The position numbers were made by a program, and so were the translations under genes. This document shows, in pieces, positions 31,166 through 40,715 of a stretch of DNA of 64,000 nt (positions are counted from its first letter, which is position 1; every line of letters starts with the position of its first letter). Origin of the DNA: Candidatus Helarchaeota archaeon. Its GTDB lineage: Archaea > Asgardarchaeota > Lokiarchaeia > Helarchaeales > RDOG01. Where the stretch lies: the NCBI GenBank assembly GCA_019058315.1, contig JAHPZH010000003.1, positions 268,451-332,450 on the forward strand, written 5' to 3'. The notes beneath the pieces are model-generated. The model was given only the letters and a program-made list of their open reading frames with translations, searched no databases and was not told where the DNA came from.

Positions 31166-31819
31166 TTGGCCAGATTAAAAATTGGAAGGAAAACACAAGT
31201 TATCGACTGTAGAGAAACTGCAGGTTTAGGGCTTGGTGGAGGACTTGCCCAGAGAGATACTTTTTCTGAAGCCGAAGAACCAGATTTAATTGTGCTTTCA
31301 ATGGGGCCTAGTAATAGACATATCACAAAACCAGTTTGTGAAATTACTTACGGATTAAGAGAAGAGGGATTACAGACTTCTGTTATGGTTATGCGAGCAG
31401 GTGTGGGAGGTTCAGAAGATCGTCCATTAGCAGGGGGTGGAATTTCTGGAATTAGCCCACATGAAGAGAAGAAGATGCGTAAACATAAATTAGCAATAAT
31501 TCATTTAGGAAATGTCTTTAGACATTTTGTTTATAAAGCGCGTAATTATTTGAGAAATGTGGAAATTCCAGCAATTATTGTATGTCAAGCCCCAGTTGGA
31601 TTTGAAGATTTCGCTAAAGTCGGAGTTCTAACGGAAAAGTTCCATCCTGATGAATTTAATGTCCCCAAGATTAACCATACAAAAGGTAAAGTTGTGGATA
31701 TTGTAACTGGTGTAATTAGAGGGCAAACTTGTCCCCAATCAAAAATAAATGAAATTATAGAAAAAGTAAATTATTGGTTAAATGTAATAAAATTAGAAGA
31801 AAAAAAGAATAATAAATGA
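31166..31819 (+). CDS. mcrC: Methyl-coenzyme M reductase operon protein C
   Basis: IGRKTQVIDCRE..GLG.GGGLAQR, RHITKPVCEITYGLRE, HLGNV, VCQAPV.FEDFA and GVIRGQTCP. Confidence 0.95.
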   Translation: MARLKIGRKTQVIDCRETAGLGLGGGLAQRDTFSEAEEPDLIVLSMGPSNRHITKPVCEITYGLREEGLQTSVMVMRAGVGGSEDRPLAGGGISGISPHEEKKMRKHKLAIIHLGNVFRHFVYKARNYLRNVEIPAIIVCQAPVGFEDFAKVGVLTEKFHPDEFNVPKINHTKGKVVDIVTGVIRGQTCPQSKINEIIEKVNYWLNVIKLEEKKNNK

Positions 31820-31824
31820 TATTT

Positions 31825-32103
31825 TTATCCATTTAGATATATAACACCAGTTCCTCCAGCGGGATATGAAAAATCTATTGCTCCTGCTTCGCAAACTGAA
31901 AAACATGCAGCACATTCTAGACAGTTTTCTTTGTAATCATCTCTTAATTTTGCTATTCCCCCACGCATTTGCCAAAGATTAACAACGCAAACAATTGTAC
32001 ATTTTCTACATCCAATGCATTTATCTTCATTTAATTTAATAAAATCCCCTGTATCTCCTGGGGCTCGTTGAGATATTTTTTTTAATTCAATATTCAAATT
32101 CAT
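31825..32103 (-). CDS. FixX-like ferredoxin
   Basis: CIGCRKCTIVC, CLECAACFSVC and YPAGGTGV.Y C-terminus typical of FixX. Confidence 0.88.
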   Translation of the reverse strand: MNLNIELKKISQRAPGDTGDFIKLNEDKCIGCRKCTIVCVVNLWQMRGGIAKLRDDYKENCLECAACFSVCEAGAIDFSYPAGGTGVIYLNG

Positions 32104-32112
32104 TACCTCATC

Positions 32113-33513
32113 CTATTTTTTCTTTTTTGGACGCATATTTTCTAACATTTTCATCAATAGGGGAAACGTCGAAGCATTTTCTTCCATTATATCTGATAAA
32201 ACAGGCATTCCATATTTCATCATGAATGGAATAGCTTCAGGTAAATATTCTTGGATTTTATTGAGAATTTGGCGGAATCTTACAATATGAGGTTCACTCC
32301 AATCATAATGTGCTCCATTCATTTCAACATGAAGAGGAATAAACCATTCCATATTATTTTTTTCTGATTGTGTGCTGAAAAATAAATTTTTCCATAGTGT
32401 TTGTAAGCTTTCACCAGCTTGAAATTCAATTCCAACTGATGATTCTTTCCACTTATCTTCATATAATTTCAAGTTCTTTTTTGAAGTATCGCCTTCTGAA
32501 ATTGCCTTTATTGCTACCTCAGCTGCCAGTTTTCCTGTTTCCATCGCAGGATATACTCCTTCTGCCTCGAGTGGGCATGGAAATCCACCAGCATCACCAA
32601 TTAACATGACATTATCGGTATAAGTCTTAATTGGTTCTTTAGTCCAAGGTAATAAATGAGATTGTACTTCACGTGGCTTTGCATCAATTGCTTTTATCAT
32701 TCGTTGAAAGGGTTTTGAACCAACTAGTTGATTAATATAGCTTATTGGATTCTTTATCCATTGACCCATCCATGACCCAAGTCCTATGTGAAATCCATCT
32801 CCAAAAATTACTTGATATGCAGCAGGAAAAGTAACTCCCCACCAGATTCCATCAGCTGCATTAGCAAGGACACCATCTGGACCGTAGATTTTATCGATTT
32901 TTTCTCTATCAGCAGAGAAATCGTATTGTGGAACTAATGTAATTTGATCAGAACGCCATCGGGGATTGAGACCTGAAAACCGTGCTACTGTTGAAATTAC
33001 TCCATCTGCACCAATTATAATTTTGCCAAGTATTTTATCCCCTTTTTCGGTTTGAACCCCAATAACCTTTCCAGCATCATCTTTAACTAATCTTTTAATT
33101 AACATAGAGGTTTTTAGCTCCGCTCCTGCATCTGTCGCAAATTTCGCAAGCCAAGGGTCAAATTCAGAACGATAAGCATTCATTGTTATAAATTTCTTAG
33201 CAGGATCATAAGTTACACTATCTGTAGGATAGTACATCTCAATAGCTCGTTCTTTTAAGTCTTTATCCAAATAATGGTTCATAACACAACTTGCCATTCG
33301 CATTGATGGTACTACATCCGGTTTTAATTCCTTCATAATATTGGGAAATTCTCGCCACATACGAGGACCTAGTCCGCATCCAGATGCGTTTTTCTCACCG
33401 GGTTTACGACCTCGTTCGAAAAAGACTGTTTTCAACCCAGCTTCTGCAGCAACCTTCGCCGTTATCGAACCTCCAGGACCAGCACCTACAATTATAACAT
33501 CATAACCAGACAA
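32113..33513 (-). CDS. FixC/geranylgeranyl-reductase family FAD oxidoreductase
   Basis: VGAGPGG, ERGRKPGEKNASG, RSEFDPWLA, GADG and IGDAGG; paired with the FixX-like gene. Confidence 0.85.
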   Translation of the reverse strand: MSGYDVIIVGAGPGGSITAKVAAEAGLKTVFFERGRKPGEKNASGCGLGPRMWREFPNIMKELKPDVVPSMRMASCVMNHYLDKDLKERAIEMYYPTDSVTYDPAKKFITMNAYRSEFDPWLAKFATDAGAELKTSMLIKRLVKDDAGKVIGVQTEKGDKILGKIIIGADGVISTVARFSGLNPRWRSDQITLVPQYDFSADREKIDKIYGPDGVLANAADGIWWGVTFPAAYQVIFGDGFHIGLGSWMGQWIKNPISYINQLVGSKPFQRMIKAIDAKPREVQSHLLPWTKEPIKTYTDNVMLIGDAGGFPCPLEAEGVYPAMETGKLAAEVAIKAISEGDTSKKNLKLYEDKWKESSVGIEFQAGESLQTLWKNLFFSTQSEKNNMEWFIPLHVEMNGAHYDWSEPHIVRFRQILNKIQEYLPEAIPFMMKYGMPVLSDIMEENASTFPLLMKMLENMRPKKKK

Positions 33514-33853
33514 TCCATTTCACCAATTTTTTTTAATTAATTTCAAAATTCTAATTCATTAAAAGTATTTAGAAATAGTTGAAATAGTCTGATTTTTTAA
33601 TTTAATTATAAGATATTAGATAATAACTGAAGATTATTAAAATTATCATTTTATCTTCTAAAAGTAGCTAAAGTTCTAAATACCAAAAACTTACCAATTA
33701 AATAAATGAAATTTTAATGGTTGGGAGAAATAACATTAAATTTGAAGTTAATTTTGATTTAGAACATTCTCCTATAATTTTTAATTAGATTAAGTAAATA
33801 TAATTTAAATCTTATTTAATTTATCTTAAATCCATTATAATAGGGGCAGTAAG

Positions 33854-34891
33854 ATGGTCGAAATTATAGATGAGGCTGAAAAAAAAGCTATTGAAGTATT
33901 AAAGAAAAGATGTCATTTGGGAGAAGATGGATTCAAAACTAAAAATGGACATATAGAAATTCTTTGGTTAACTGATAGAAAATTAACAACACTTCCAGAT
34001 TCATTCAAAGATCTTAAATCACTCATTCATCTAGATTTGAGTCGTAATGATTTTACGACCATTCCTGAGACAATATTCGAGTTAAAATCGCTTAAAACTC
34101 TAAGTTTAGGTGGTAATCTGTTAACAATTCTCCCAGAGTCATTTGGAAATTTAAAATCGCTCCAAGAACTATTTTTAGGCTATAATCAATTAAAGACACT
34201 TCCAGAATCATTTTGTGGTCTAGAATCAATTTATTGGTTATATTTAGATGGTAATAAGTTAACAACTCTCCCAGATAGCTTTGGAGAACTAAAGTCACTC
34301 AATACACTGGCTATCCAAAAAAATCAATTAACAACCCTTCCGGAATCATTTGGAAATCTAAAATCGCTTCAAGTACTAAAAATTCATTTTAATAAATTAA
34401 CGACTCTCCCAGAGTCTTTTTGCAACCTAAAATCACTTAAAGAATTACAGATTCATTTCAATAAGTTAACAACTCTCCCGAAGTCATTTGGAAAACTAAA
34501 ATTCCTCGAAAAATTATTTATCAATAATAATCAGTTAAGTACTCTCCCGGAGTCATTTGGGCAACTAGAATCGCTCCAAGAACTATATTTAGGTTATAAC
34601 CAGTTAACGAATCTCCCGAAGCCTATAATTGAGTTAAAATCACTACAAAAACTATATTTGAGTAACAATCAGTTAAGTAATCTTTCGAAATCATTTGGAG
34701 ATCTAAAAGCACTAAGAGAATTAAATTTAGGTAATAATAAGTTAAAAAAACTCCCTGAGGAGTTAGGTGATTTGGATCAACTAACTTTTCTTAATTTAGA
34801 AGGTAATCCCTTATCAGAAAATGACAAGGAAATATATAGACAAGGAACAAATGCAGTAGTTCAATATTGTAAAAAAAAATTAGAAAGATAA
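33854..34891 (+). CDS. Leucine-rich repeat protein (23-aa repeats)
   Basis: About 12 repeats of LxxLxLxxNxLTTLPESFGxLxS; C-cap LEGNPL...GTNAVVQYC. Confidence 0.95.
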   Translation: MVEIIDEAEKKAIEVLKKRCHLGEDGFKTKNGHIEILWLTDRKLTTLPDSFKDLKSLIHLDLSRNDFTTIPETIFELKSLKTLSLGGNLLTILPESFGNLKSLQELFLGYNQLKTLPESFCGLESIYWLYLDGNKLTTLPDSFGELKSLNTLAIQKNQLTTLPESFGNLKSLQVLKIHFNKLTTLPESFCNLKSLKELQIHFNKLTTLPKSFGKLKFLEKLFINNNQLSTLPESFGQLESLQELYLGYNQLTNLPKPIIELKSLQKLYLSNNQLSNLSKSFGDLKALRELNLGNNKLKKLPEELGDLDQLTFLNLEGNPLSENDKEIYRQGTNAVVQYCKKKLER

Positions 34892-34989
34892 AAAAGGAAA
34901 CATAAAGAATCAAAAAAGTTGGAGAAAGAATGTTATAGAGAGCTTGAAGAATATATCGATTTTCATAGAAAATTATATAGTTTGAAATT

Positions 34990-37197
34990 TTATATCGATT
35001 TAAGAGCTTTTATTTTATCAGTTATCTCCCGAACCCTCTCATTTAATTTTTGCAACTCAGATAATTTAACTCCAGGACTGTTTTTTTGGACTTTTATATT
35101 TTCTAATTCATCAACAAATCTTTTTAATTTCAAATTCTTACAATACTCAATTACTTCTGGAGTACTTCGTCCACTTAATTTTTCATCTTTTTTTGTAAAT
35201 TTATTATACATGAGATTTAACATTTTAAGTTGTGTAAGATGTTCTAAATTCTTGATTTCTGTAATTTGATTTCTTTGAAGTTGTAAAGAAAATAATTGTG
35301 TTAATTTCTCTAAATTCTTGATTTCTGTAATTTGATTTTCTTGAAGTTCTAAATGTTTTAATTCGGTTAGATTATCCAAATTCTTGATTTCTGTAATGTT
35401 ATTCTCTCCAAGAAATAAATTCTCTAATTTAATCAGATGTTCTAAATTCTTAATTTCTCTAATTTGATTTCTATTAAGTTTTAATATTTTTAATTGTGTT
35501 AATTTTTCTAAATTCTTGATTTCTATAATTTGATTATCATTAAGCCACATTCTTTGGAGCTGGGTAAGAGTCTCTAAATTCTTGATTTCTGTAATTTGAT
35601 TATTGTGTAGAAATAATTTTTGGAGTTGTGTAAGATTTTCCAAATTCTTGATTTCTGTAATTTGATTATCTTGAAGAGATAATTCTTTAAGTTGGGTTAG
35701 ATTTTCTAAATCTTTAATTTCCAAGATTTGATTAAATTGAAGAGTTAATGTTTGAAGTTGTGTTAATTTTTCTAAATTCTTGATTTCTGTAATTTTATTT
35801 CCATAAAGACATAAACTTTGGAGTTGGGTAAGCTTTTCTAAATTCTTGATTTCTGTAATTTGATTATCATGAAGACATAAACTTTGGAGTTTTGTAAGCT
35901 TTTCTAAATTCTTGATTTCTGTAATTTGATTTTTATAAAGACATAATCTTTGAAGTTGGGTAAGTCTTTCTAAATTTTTTATTTCTTTAATTTGATTTTT
36001 ATAAAGTTCTAAACTTTTTAATTCAGTCAGATTTTCCAAATTCTTGATTTCTGTAATTTGATTATCGTCAAGAGATAATTCTTTAAGTTGAGTCAGATTT
36101 TCCAATTTCTTAATTTCTGTAATTTGATTACGACTAAGCCATAATAATTTTAATTGGGTAAGCTTATCTAAATTCTTGATTTCTGTAATTTGATTAATAA
36201 AAAGCTTTAATATTTTTAATTGGATTAGATTATTTAAATTCTTGATTTCTTTAATTCTATTTATCTGAAGATATAATCTTTCTAGTTGTAGAAGATTATC
36301 TAAATTCTTAATTTCTGTAATTTGATTCCGAGAAAGGTCTAATAATTTTAATTGGATTAGATTTTCTAAATTTTTAATTTCCAAGATTTCATTAGAGAAA
36401 AGATTTAATGTTTGAAGTTGTGTTAGTTTTTCTAAATTCTTGATTTCTGTAATTTGATTCCCATGAAGATATAGTCTTTCTAGTTGGATAAGATTATCTA
36501 AGTTCTTAATTTCTGTAATTTGATTATCGCTAAGATCCAATTCTTTAAGTTGAGTCAGATTTTCTAAATTCTTAATTTCTGTAATTCGATTCGCTCCGAG
36601 GTATAAGACTTTGAGATTTTTAAGATTTACCAAATTCTTGATTTCAGTAATTGTATTTTTCTGAAGAAATAATCTTTTTAATTGTGTAAGATTATCTAAA
36701 TTCTTGATTTCCGTAATTTCATTGCCAAAAAGATCTAATTTTTGGAGTTTTGTAAGCTTTTCTAAATTCTCTATTTCTGTTATTTGATTTCGACTAAGCA
36801 CTAATGTTTTTAATTGTGTTAATTTTTCTAAATTCTTGATTTTTGTAATTCGATTTCCAAAGGATAAATCAGGTTTTTTTAATGGTATTTCCAAATACTT
36901 GGTTTGTGTAATTGGTTTTCCAAGGTATAATTCCTGTAATTGTGTTAGCTTTTCTAAATTCTTGATTTTTGTAATTTGATTATCGGTAAGATCTAACCTT
37001 TGAAGTTGTGTAAGATGGTCCAAATTGTTAATTTCTGTAATTTTATTACGACTTAGATCTAAATATTGAAGTTGAGTTTGATTTTCAAATCCCTTAATTT
37101 CTGAAATATCTTGAATTCCTAAATTAGTAAGGATAAGCGCTCTATATCCAATTTTCATTTCTACTTTGTGAATTTTTCCTTTATATTCAACAGACAT
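34990..37197 (-). CDS. SDS22-type leucine-rich repeat protein (~28 x 22 aa)
   Basis: QLxxLxLxxNQITEIKNLExLT repeats; helical C-terminus. Confidence 0.95.
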   Translation of the reverse strand: MSVEYKGKIHKVEMKIGYRALILTNLGIQDISEIKGFENQTQLQYLDLSRNKITEINNLDHLTQLQRLDLTDNQITKIKNLEKLTQLQELYLGKPITQTKYLEIPLKKPDLSFGNRITKIKNLEKLTQLKTLVLSRNQITEIENLEKLTKLQKLDLFGNEITEIKNLDNLTQLKRLFLQKNTITEIKNLVNLKNLKVLYLGANRITEIKNLENLTQLKELDLSDNQITEIKNLDNLIQLERLYLHGNQITEIKNLEKLTQLQTLNLFSNEILEIKNLENLIQLKLLDLSRNQITEIKNLDNLLQLERLYLQINRIKEIKNLNNLIQLKILKLFINQITEIKNLDKLTQLKLLWLSRNQITEIKKLENLTQLKELSLDDNQITEIKNLENLTELKSLELYKNQIKEIKNLERLTQLQRLCLYKNQITEIKNLEKLTKLQSLCLHDNQITEIKNLEKLTQLQSLCLYGNKITEIKNLEKLTQLQTLTLQFNQILEIKDLENLTQLKELSLQDNQITEIKNLENLTQLQKLFLHNNQITEIKNLETLTQLQRMWLNDNQIIEIKNLEKLTQLKILKLNRNQIREIKNLEHLIKLENLFLGENNITEIKNLDNLTELKHLELQENQITEIKNLEKLTQLFSLQLQRNQITEIKNLEHLTQLKMLNLMYNKFTKKDEKLSGRSTPEVIEYCKNLKLKRFVDELENIKVQKNSPGVKLSELQKLNERVREITDKIKALKSI

Positions 37198-38230
37198 ATT
37201 CTTCTACTTTTTTACCAATCTTTTTTTTATTATTAAAATTAAGATTGGAGGATTTTTATTTTTTCAATAATCTCCTGAGCCCTCTCATTTAATTTCTGTA
37301 ATTCGGATAATTTAACTTCAGGACTGTTTATTCGGGAATTTATATATTCTAATTCGTCAAAATATTTTTTTAATTCCTTCTTTTTAGCAAGTTCTTTTAA
37401 TTTTAGATTCTTACAATGCTCAATTACTGCTTTAATACCTCTCCAACGTAATTTTTTACTATTTTCTGTAAATTTATTTCCCCAAATGGTTAATTCTTTG
37501 AGTAGTATGAGATTTTCTAAATTCTTGATTTCTCTAATTTGATTATCGCTAAGATCTAATACTCTTAGTCTAGTAAGATTTTCTAAGTTCTTTATTTCTG
37601 TAATTTGATTATTATCCAAATATAATTTTTGAAGTTTGGTCAGGTTTTCTAAATTCTTTATTTCCTTAATTTGATTTTCACCAAGCTGTAAATATTGTAA
37701 TTGCGTTAGATTATCCAAATTCTTGATTTCTGTAATTTTATTAGCATTAAGTTTCAATTCTTCTAATTGCTTTAATTTTTCTAAATTCTTAATCTCTGTA
37801 ATTTCATTTTTCCAAAGTTCTAAAGTTTTTAATTGAGTTAGATTATCCAAATTTTTGATTTCTGTAATTCTATTTTGAGTAAGATTCAGATAATTGAGTT
37901 GTGCTAGATTATCTAAATTCTTGATTTCTGTAATTTGATTCCCATGAAGATATAAGATTTCGAGTTGGGTGAGATTATTCAAATTCTTGATTTCTGTAAT
38001 CTGATTATTACTAAGCTTTAATCCTATTAATTGTGTTAATTTCTCTAAATTCTTGATTTTTGTAATTTCATTTTTCCAAAGTTCTAATGTTCTTAATTGA
38101 GTCAAATTATCTAAATTTTTGATTTCTGTAATTTGATTATCACTAAGTTCTAATCTTTTTAATTGTGTTAGATTATCCAAATTCTTAATTTCTGTAATTT
38201 TATTATTTCTAAGATTTAAGAATTGAAGTT
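35210..38230 (-). repeat. 66-bp periodic coding repeat of the two SDS22-type LRR genes
   Basis: aaattcttgatttctgtaatttgatt recurs at 66-bp spacing in both genes. Confidence 0.9.
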
Positions 38231-38354
38231 TATTTTGCTTTTCTAATCTCTTAATTTCTGATATATCTTGAATTCCTAATCCTTTAAGGTCAATGGTTAT
38301 GTATCCATATTTATATTCAACTTTATGAACTTTTCCTTTATATTTTACAGACAT
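37239..38354 (-). CDS. SDS22-type leucine-rich repeat protein (~12 x 22 aa), tandem paralogue of 34990-37197
   Basis: Same repeat framework; shared N-cap (MSVxYKGKxHKVE...LGIQDISEIK) and C-terminus (NSPxVKLSELQKLNER). Confidence 0.95.
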   Translation of the reverse strand: MSVKYKGKVHKVEYKYGYITIDLKGLGIQDISEIKRLEKQNKLQFLNLRNNKITEIKNLDNLTQLKRLELSDNQITEIKNLDNLTQLRTLELWKNEITKIKNLEKLTQLIGLKLSNNQITEIKNLNNLTQLEILYLHGNQITEIKNLDNLAQLNYLNLTQNRITEIKNLDNLTQLKTLELWKNEITEIKNLEKLKQLEELKLNANKITEIKNLDNLTQLQYLQLGENQIKEIKNLENLTKLQKLYLDNNQITEIKNLENLTRLRVLDLSDNQIREIKNLENLILLKELTIWGNKFTENSKKLRWRGIKAVIEHCKNLKLKELAKKKELKKYFDELEYINSRINSPEVKLSELQKLNERAQEIIEKIKILQS

Positions 38355-38642
38355 ATTCTTCTACTTTTTATAATCCATATTTTTATTAATTTTTTTGTTT
38401 TATAATGTAAATAAACAAATTTTCCAAATTTTTCTTTTTATATTTCAACCCAAAATCCCTTTATTCATCAATTACAAGAGTTCATTCCAAATACTCTCAA
38501 TTTTTTTTTTATTAACTAAAAAGAACTTGCCATTATATTTTGAACTAATTAATTTGATATATTTTAATAATAGTATAATAATTTTCAATATAAGAAAAAA
38601 TGAATATTGAATTTATATTATTAAAAAACAAATATAACAAAA

Positions 38643-39056
38643 GTGGTTAAAATGGGCGAATTAGATCTTGCAAAAAATGTATTAAAACTAGAGCCTGAAA
38701 AAATTCAGCAATTACTTGATATCATTGCGAATTCTAAGTTCTATACAAAACCATTTGCAGATGAACTAGGTAGAGCCGTAGCAGAATTTTACAAAGAGAT
38801 GCTACAAGATAATGTGCCAGAAAAACAAGCGGGTGAATTCACTCGTGACTATATCAGTTTTATTCGTTATCCAACTGATGTAGAGAAATTTGAATTGACT
38901 ATTGAATTGGAATATAATCGAAAAGTGGCAGCAATTTACAAAGAAGAAAACGATAAACTATGGAATTTATTAAATAAATTGACCTTAGTCCATACCGTTG
39001 ACGCGAAATCGGTAATGATGACTAAATCAACAAAAATAGAAAACGACGATGACTAA
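38643..39056 (+). CDS. Hypothetical protein
   Basis: 137-aa ORF with normal codon usage in an otherwise unoccupied region. Confidence 0.7.
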   Translation: MVKMGELDLAKNVLKLEPEKIQQLLDIIANSKFYTKPFADELGRAVAEFYKEMLQDNVPEKQAGEFTRDYISFIRYPTDVEKFELTIELEYNRKVAAIYKEENDKLWNLLNKLTLVHTVDAKSVMMTKSTKIENDDD

Positions 39057-39226
39057 AATAAAGCATAAATTATAAAATATTCTCTAATTCTTTTTTTTTA
39101 GAAAAATCTATTTTTTTGAATAATTATAAAAACTAAATGATTAAAATTTATAACTAATTAGACAATTTCGGATAAATTTATTTAAAAAAAATCAATATCA
39201 ATTTAGATAAACTAGAGGTTTTTTTA

Positions 39227-40705
39227 TTGACTGAAGAAAGAATCATAACCATTCTCCAGCAAATTGTTGGAGAAGATAGGGCAACTGCTGATGATGCTGA
39301 GATGATCGCATACTCCAGAGACCAGCATTACATGTTTAATAAACCTATGATTCCAAATTACGTAGTAAAACCGATAAATAAAGGTCAAATAAAACAAATT
39401 TTAAGTCTAGCAAATCGCCATAGAATACCAATTGTACCTTTAGCACAAGGAGTTAACATCAGAGGATTGTGCATCCCAACAGAGGGAGGCATAATATTAG
39501 ATATGAGAAATATGAACCAGATAAAAGAAATAAACCTTGAAATGATGACAGCTACAATTGAGCCAGGAGTTTCTGTAGGACAATTAGTAGCGGCATGCAG
39601 AAAATTAGGAGTTAGACCTGCGATTCCAGGGTCCCCCGCAACAGTTAGTGCATTTGCGAATTATATGCTAAGAGGAGTCTATCATTCCAATCCCTTGGAT
39701 GGAATTGATCATGTACTTTGTATGGAGATTATGTTACCTACAGGTGAGACTATAAAAACTGGATCAAGTGCAATTACGACCTCCTATGGACCATATTGTA
39801 GATGGTTTGGACCTGACCTAACTGGTTTATTTCAAGGTGTTCCTGGAGCCTTTGGAATAATAGTTGAAATGACTGTTAAATTATATGATTTTCCAGAAGA
39901 ATCAAGATTTTTGGGTTATGGATTTGATACATGGGAAAAAGCAACTGAATTTGCTATGGAAGTCCAGCGTCGAGTTATCCCCAATTTGATGTGGCTTATT
40001 GATTGGTTAGCTCTCACAGTTGTAAGTGGAATGTTTAAAAGAAAGGACATAATGGAGAAATCCACTAAAGCATCGATGCCCCATTGTACTGTTCCTGTTT
40101 TAATTGAAGGTGAAAAAGACTTAGTTGATTTTAAGTTAAATCGGCTAAAACAAATCCTGGAAAAGGTCCCTCCCGACAGACAACCACTAACGGACATAGA
40201 TACTGCAATTCAACAACCTGAAAGTGGTGGTACAGGTCAAGGAATGAGCTCTGAAGAATTCCTCGGTGGTCGTAATGTCGCAGGAATGTTAAAAATGGGT
40301 TATTATTTTGCGTTAGCTTTTTTTCATCCCCTTAAGACAGGACCAGAGTTATTCAAAATTTTTAAGGATGTCGGTGAGGATAATGGATTTGATAGAGATA
40401 TTGTTTCGTTTGTTTCTACACCAACAGCTACAGGAGCGAACAATTGGTCAGGACAATGTACTTATTCAGAAGGAGAATTATTTGTGGACCAAACAGAACC
40501 AGGTATGATGGATAAATTACGGAAGTTTAGTACACAAAGTATCCAGAAAATCTTAGATGCAAAGTTGATATACTCTTGGTTTAGACCATATGCCCAAGTC
40601 CTTGAAATTACATTAGATAGGGCAGGCGCAACAGGACTTTTCTTAAGAAAGCTTAAAAACTTAATAGATCCGAACAATATCATGAACCCAGGAAAATTTC
40701 TATAG
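39227..40705 (+). CDS. FAD-binding oxidoreductase, GlcD/D-lactate dehydrogenase family
   Basis: GGIILDMRNMNQIKEIN, EPGV, GPDLTGLF.G..GAFGIIVE and C-terminal DPNNIMNPGK. Confidence 0.92.
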   Translation: MTEERIITILQQIVGEDRATADDAEMIAYSRDQHYMFNKPMIPNYVVKPINKGQIKQILSLANRHRIPIVPLAQGVNIRGLCIPTEGGIILDMRNMNQIKEINLEMMTATIEPGVSVGQLVAACRKLGVRPAIPGSPATVSAFANYMLRGVYHSNPLDGIDHVLCMEIMLPTGETIKTGSSAITTSYGPYCRWFGPDLTGLFQGVPGAFGIIVEMTVKLYDFPEESRFLGYGFDTWEKATEFAMEVQRRVIPNLMWLIDWLALTVVSGMFKRKDIMEKSTKASMPHCTVPVLIEGEKDLVDFKLNRLKQILEKVPPDRQPLTDIDTAIQQPESGGTGQGMSSEEFLGGRNVAGMLKMGYYFALAFFHPLKTGPELFKIFKDVGEDNGFDRDIVSFVSTPTATGANNWSGQCTYSEGELFVDQTEPGMMDKLRKFSTQSIQKILDAKLIYSWFRPYAQVLEITLDRAGATGLFLRKLKNLIDPNNIMNPGKFL

Positions 40706-40715
40706 GAGGAATATT

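Noticed and set aside
35210-38230. CRISPR-like pattern (~26-nt repeat with ~40-nt variable spacers)
   Set aside because: The period is exactly 66 bp (22 codons) inside open LRR frames, the 'spacers' are homologous to each other, and no cas genes are present.
33854-38354. Diversity-generating retroelement behind the LRR variability
   Set aside because: No reverse transcriptase and no template/variable repeat pair differing only at adenines was seen in the window.
38395-38610. 71-aa ORF in the AT-rich intergenic region (similarly 50173-50358 and 34919-35269)
   Set aside because: Low-complexity F/I/N/L composition with no SD; lies in promoter-like DNA or overlaps real genes.
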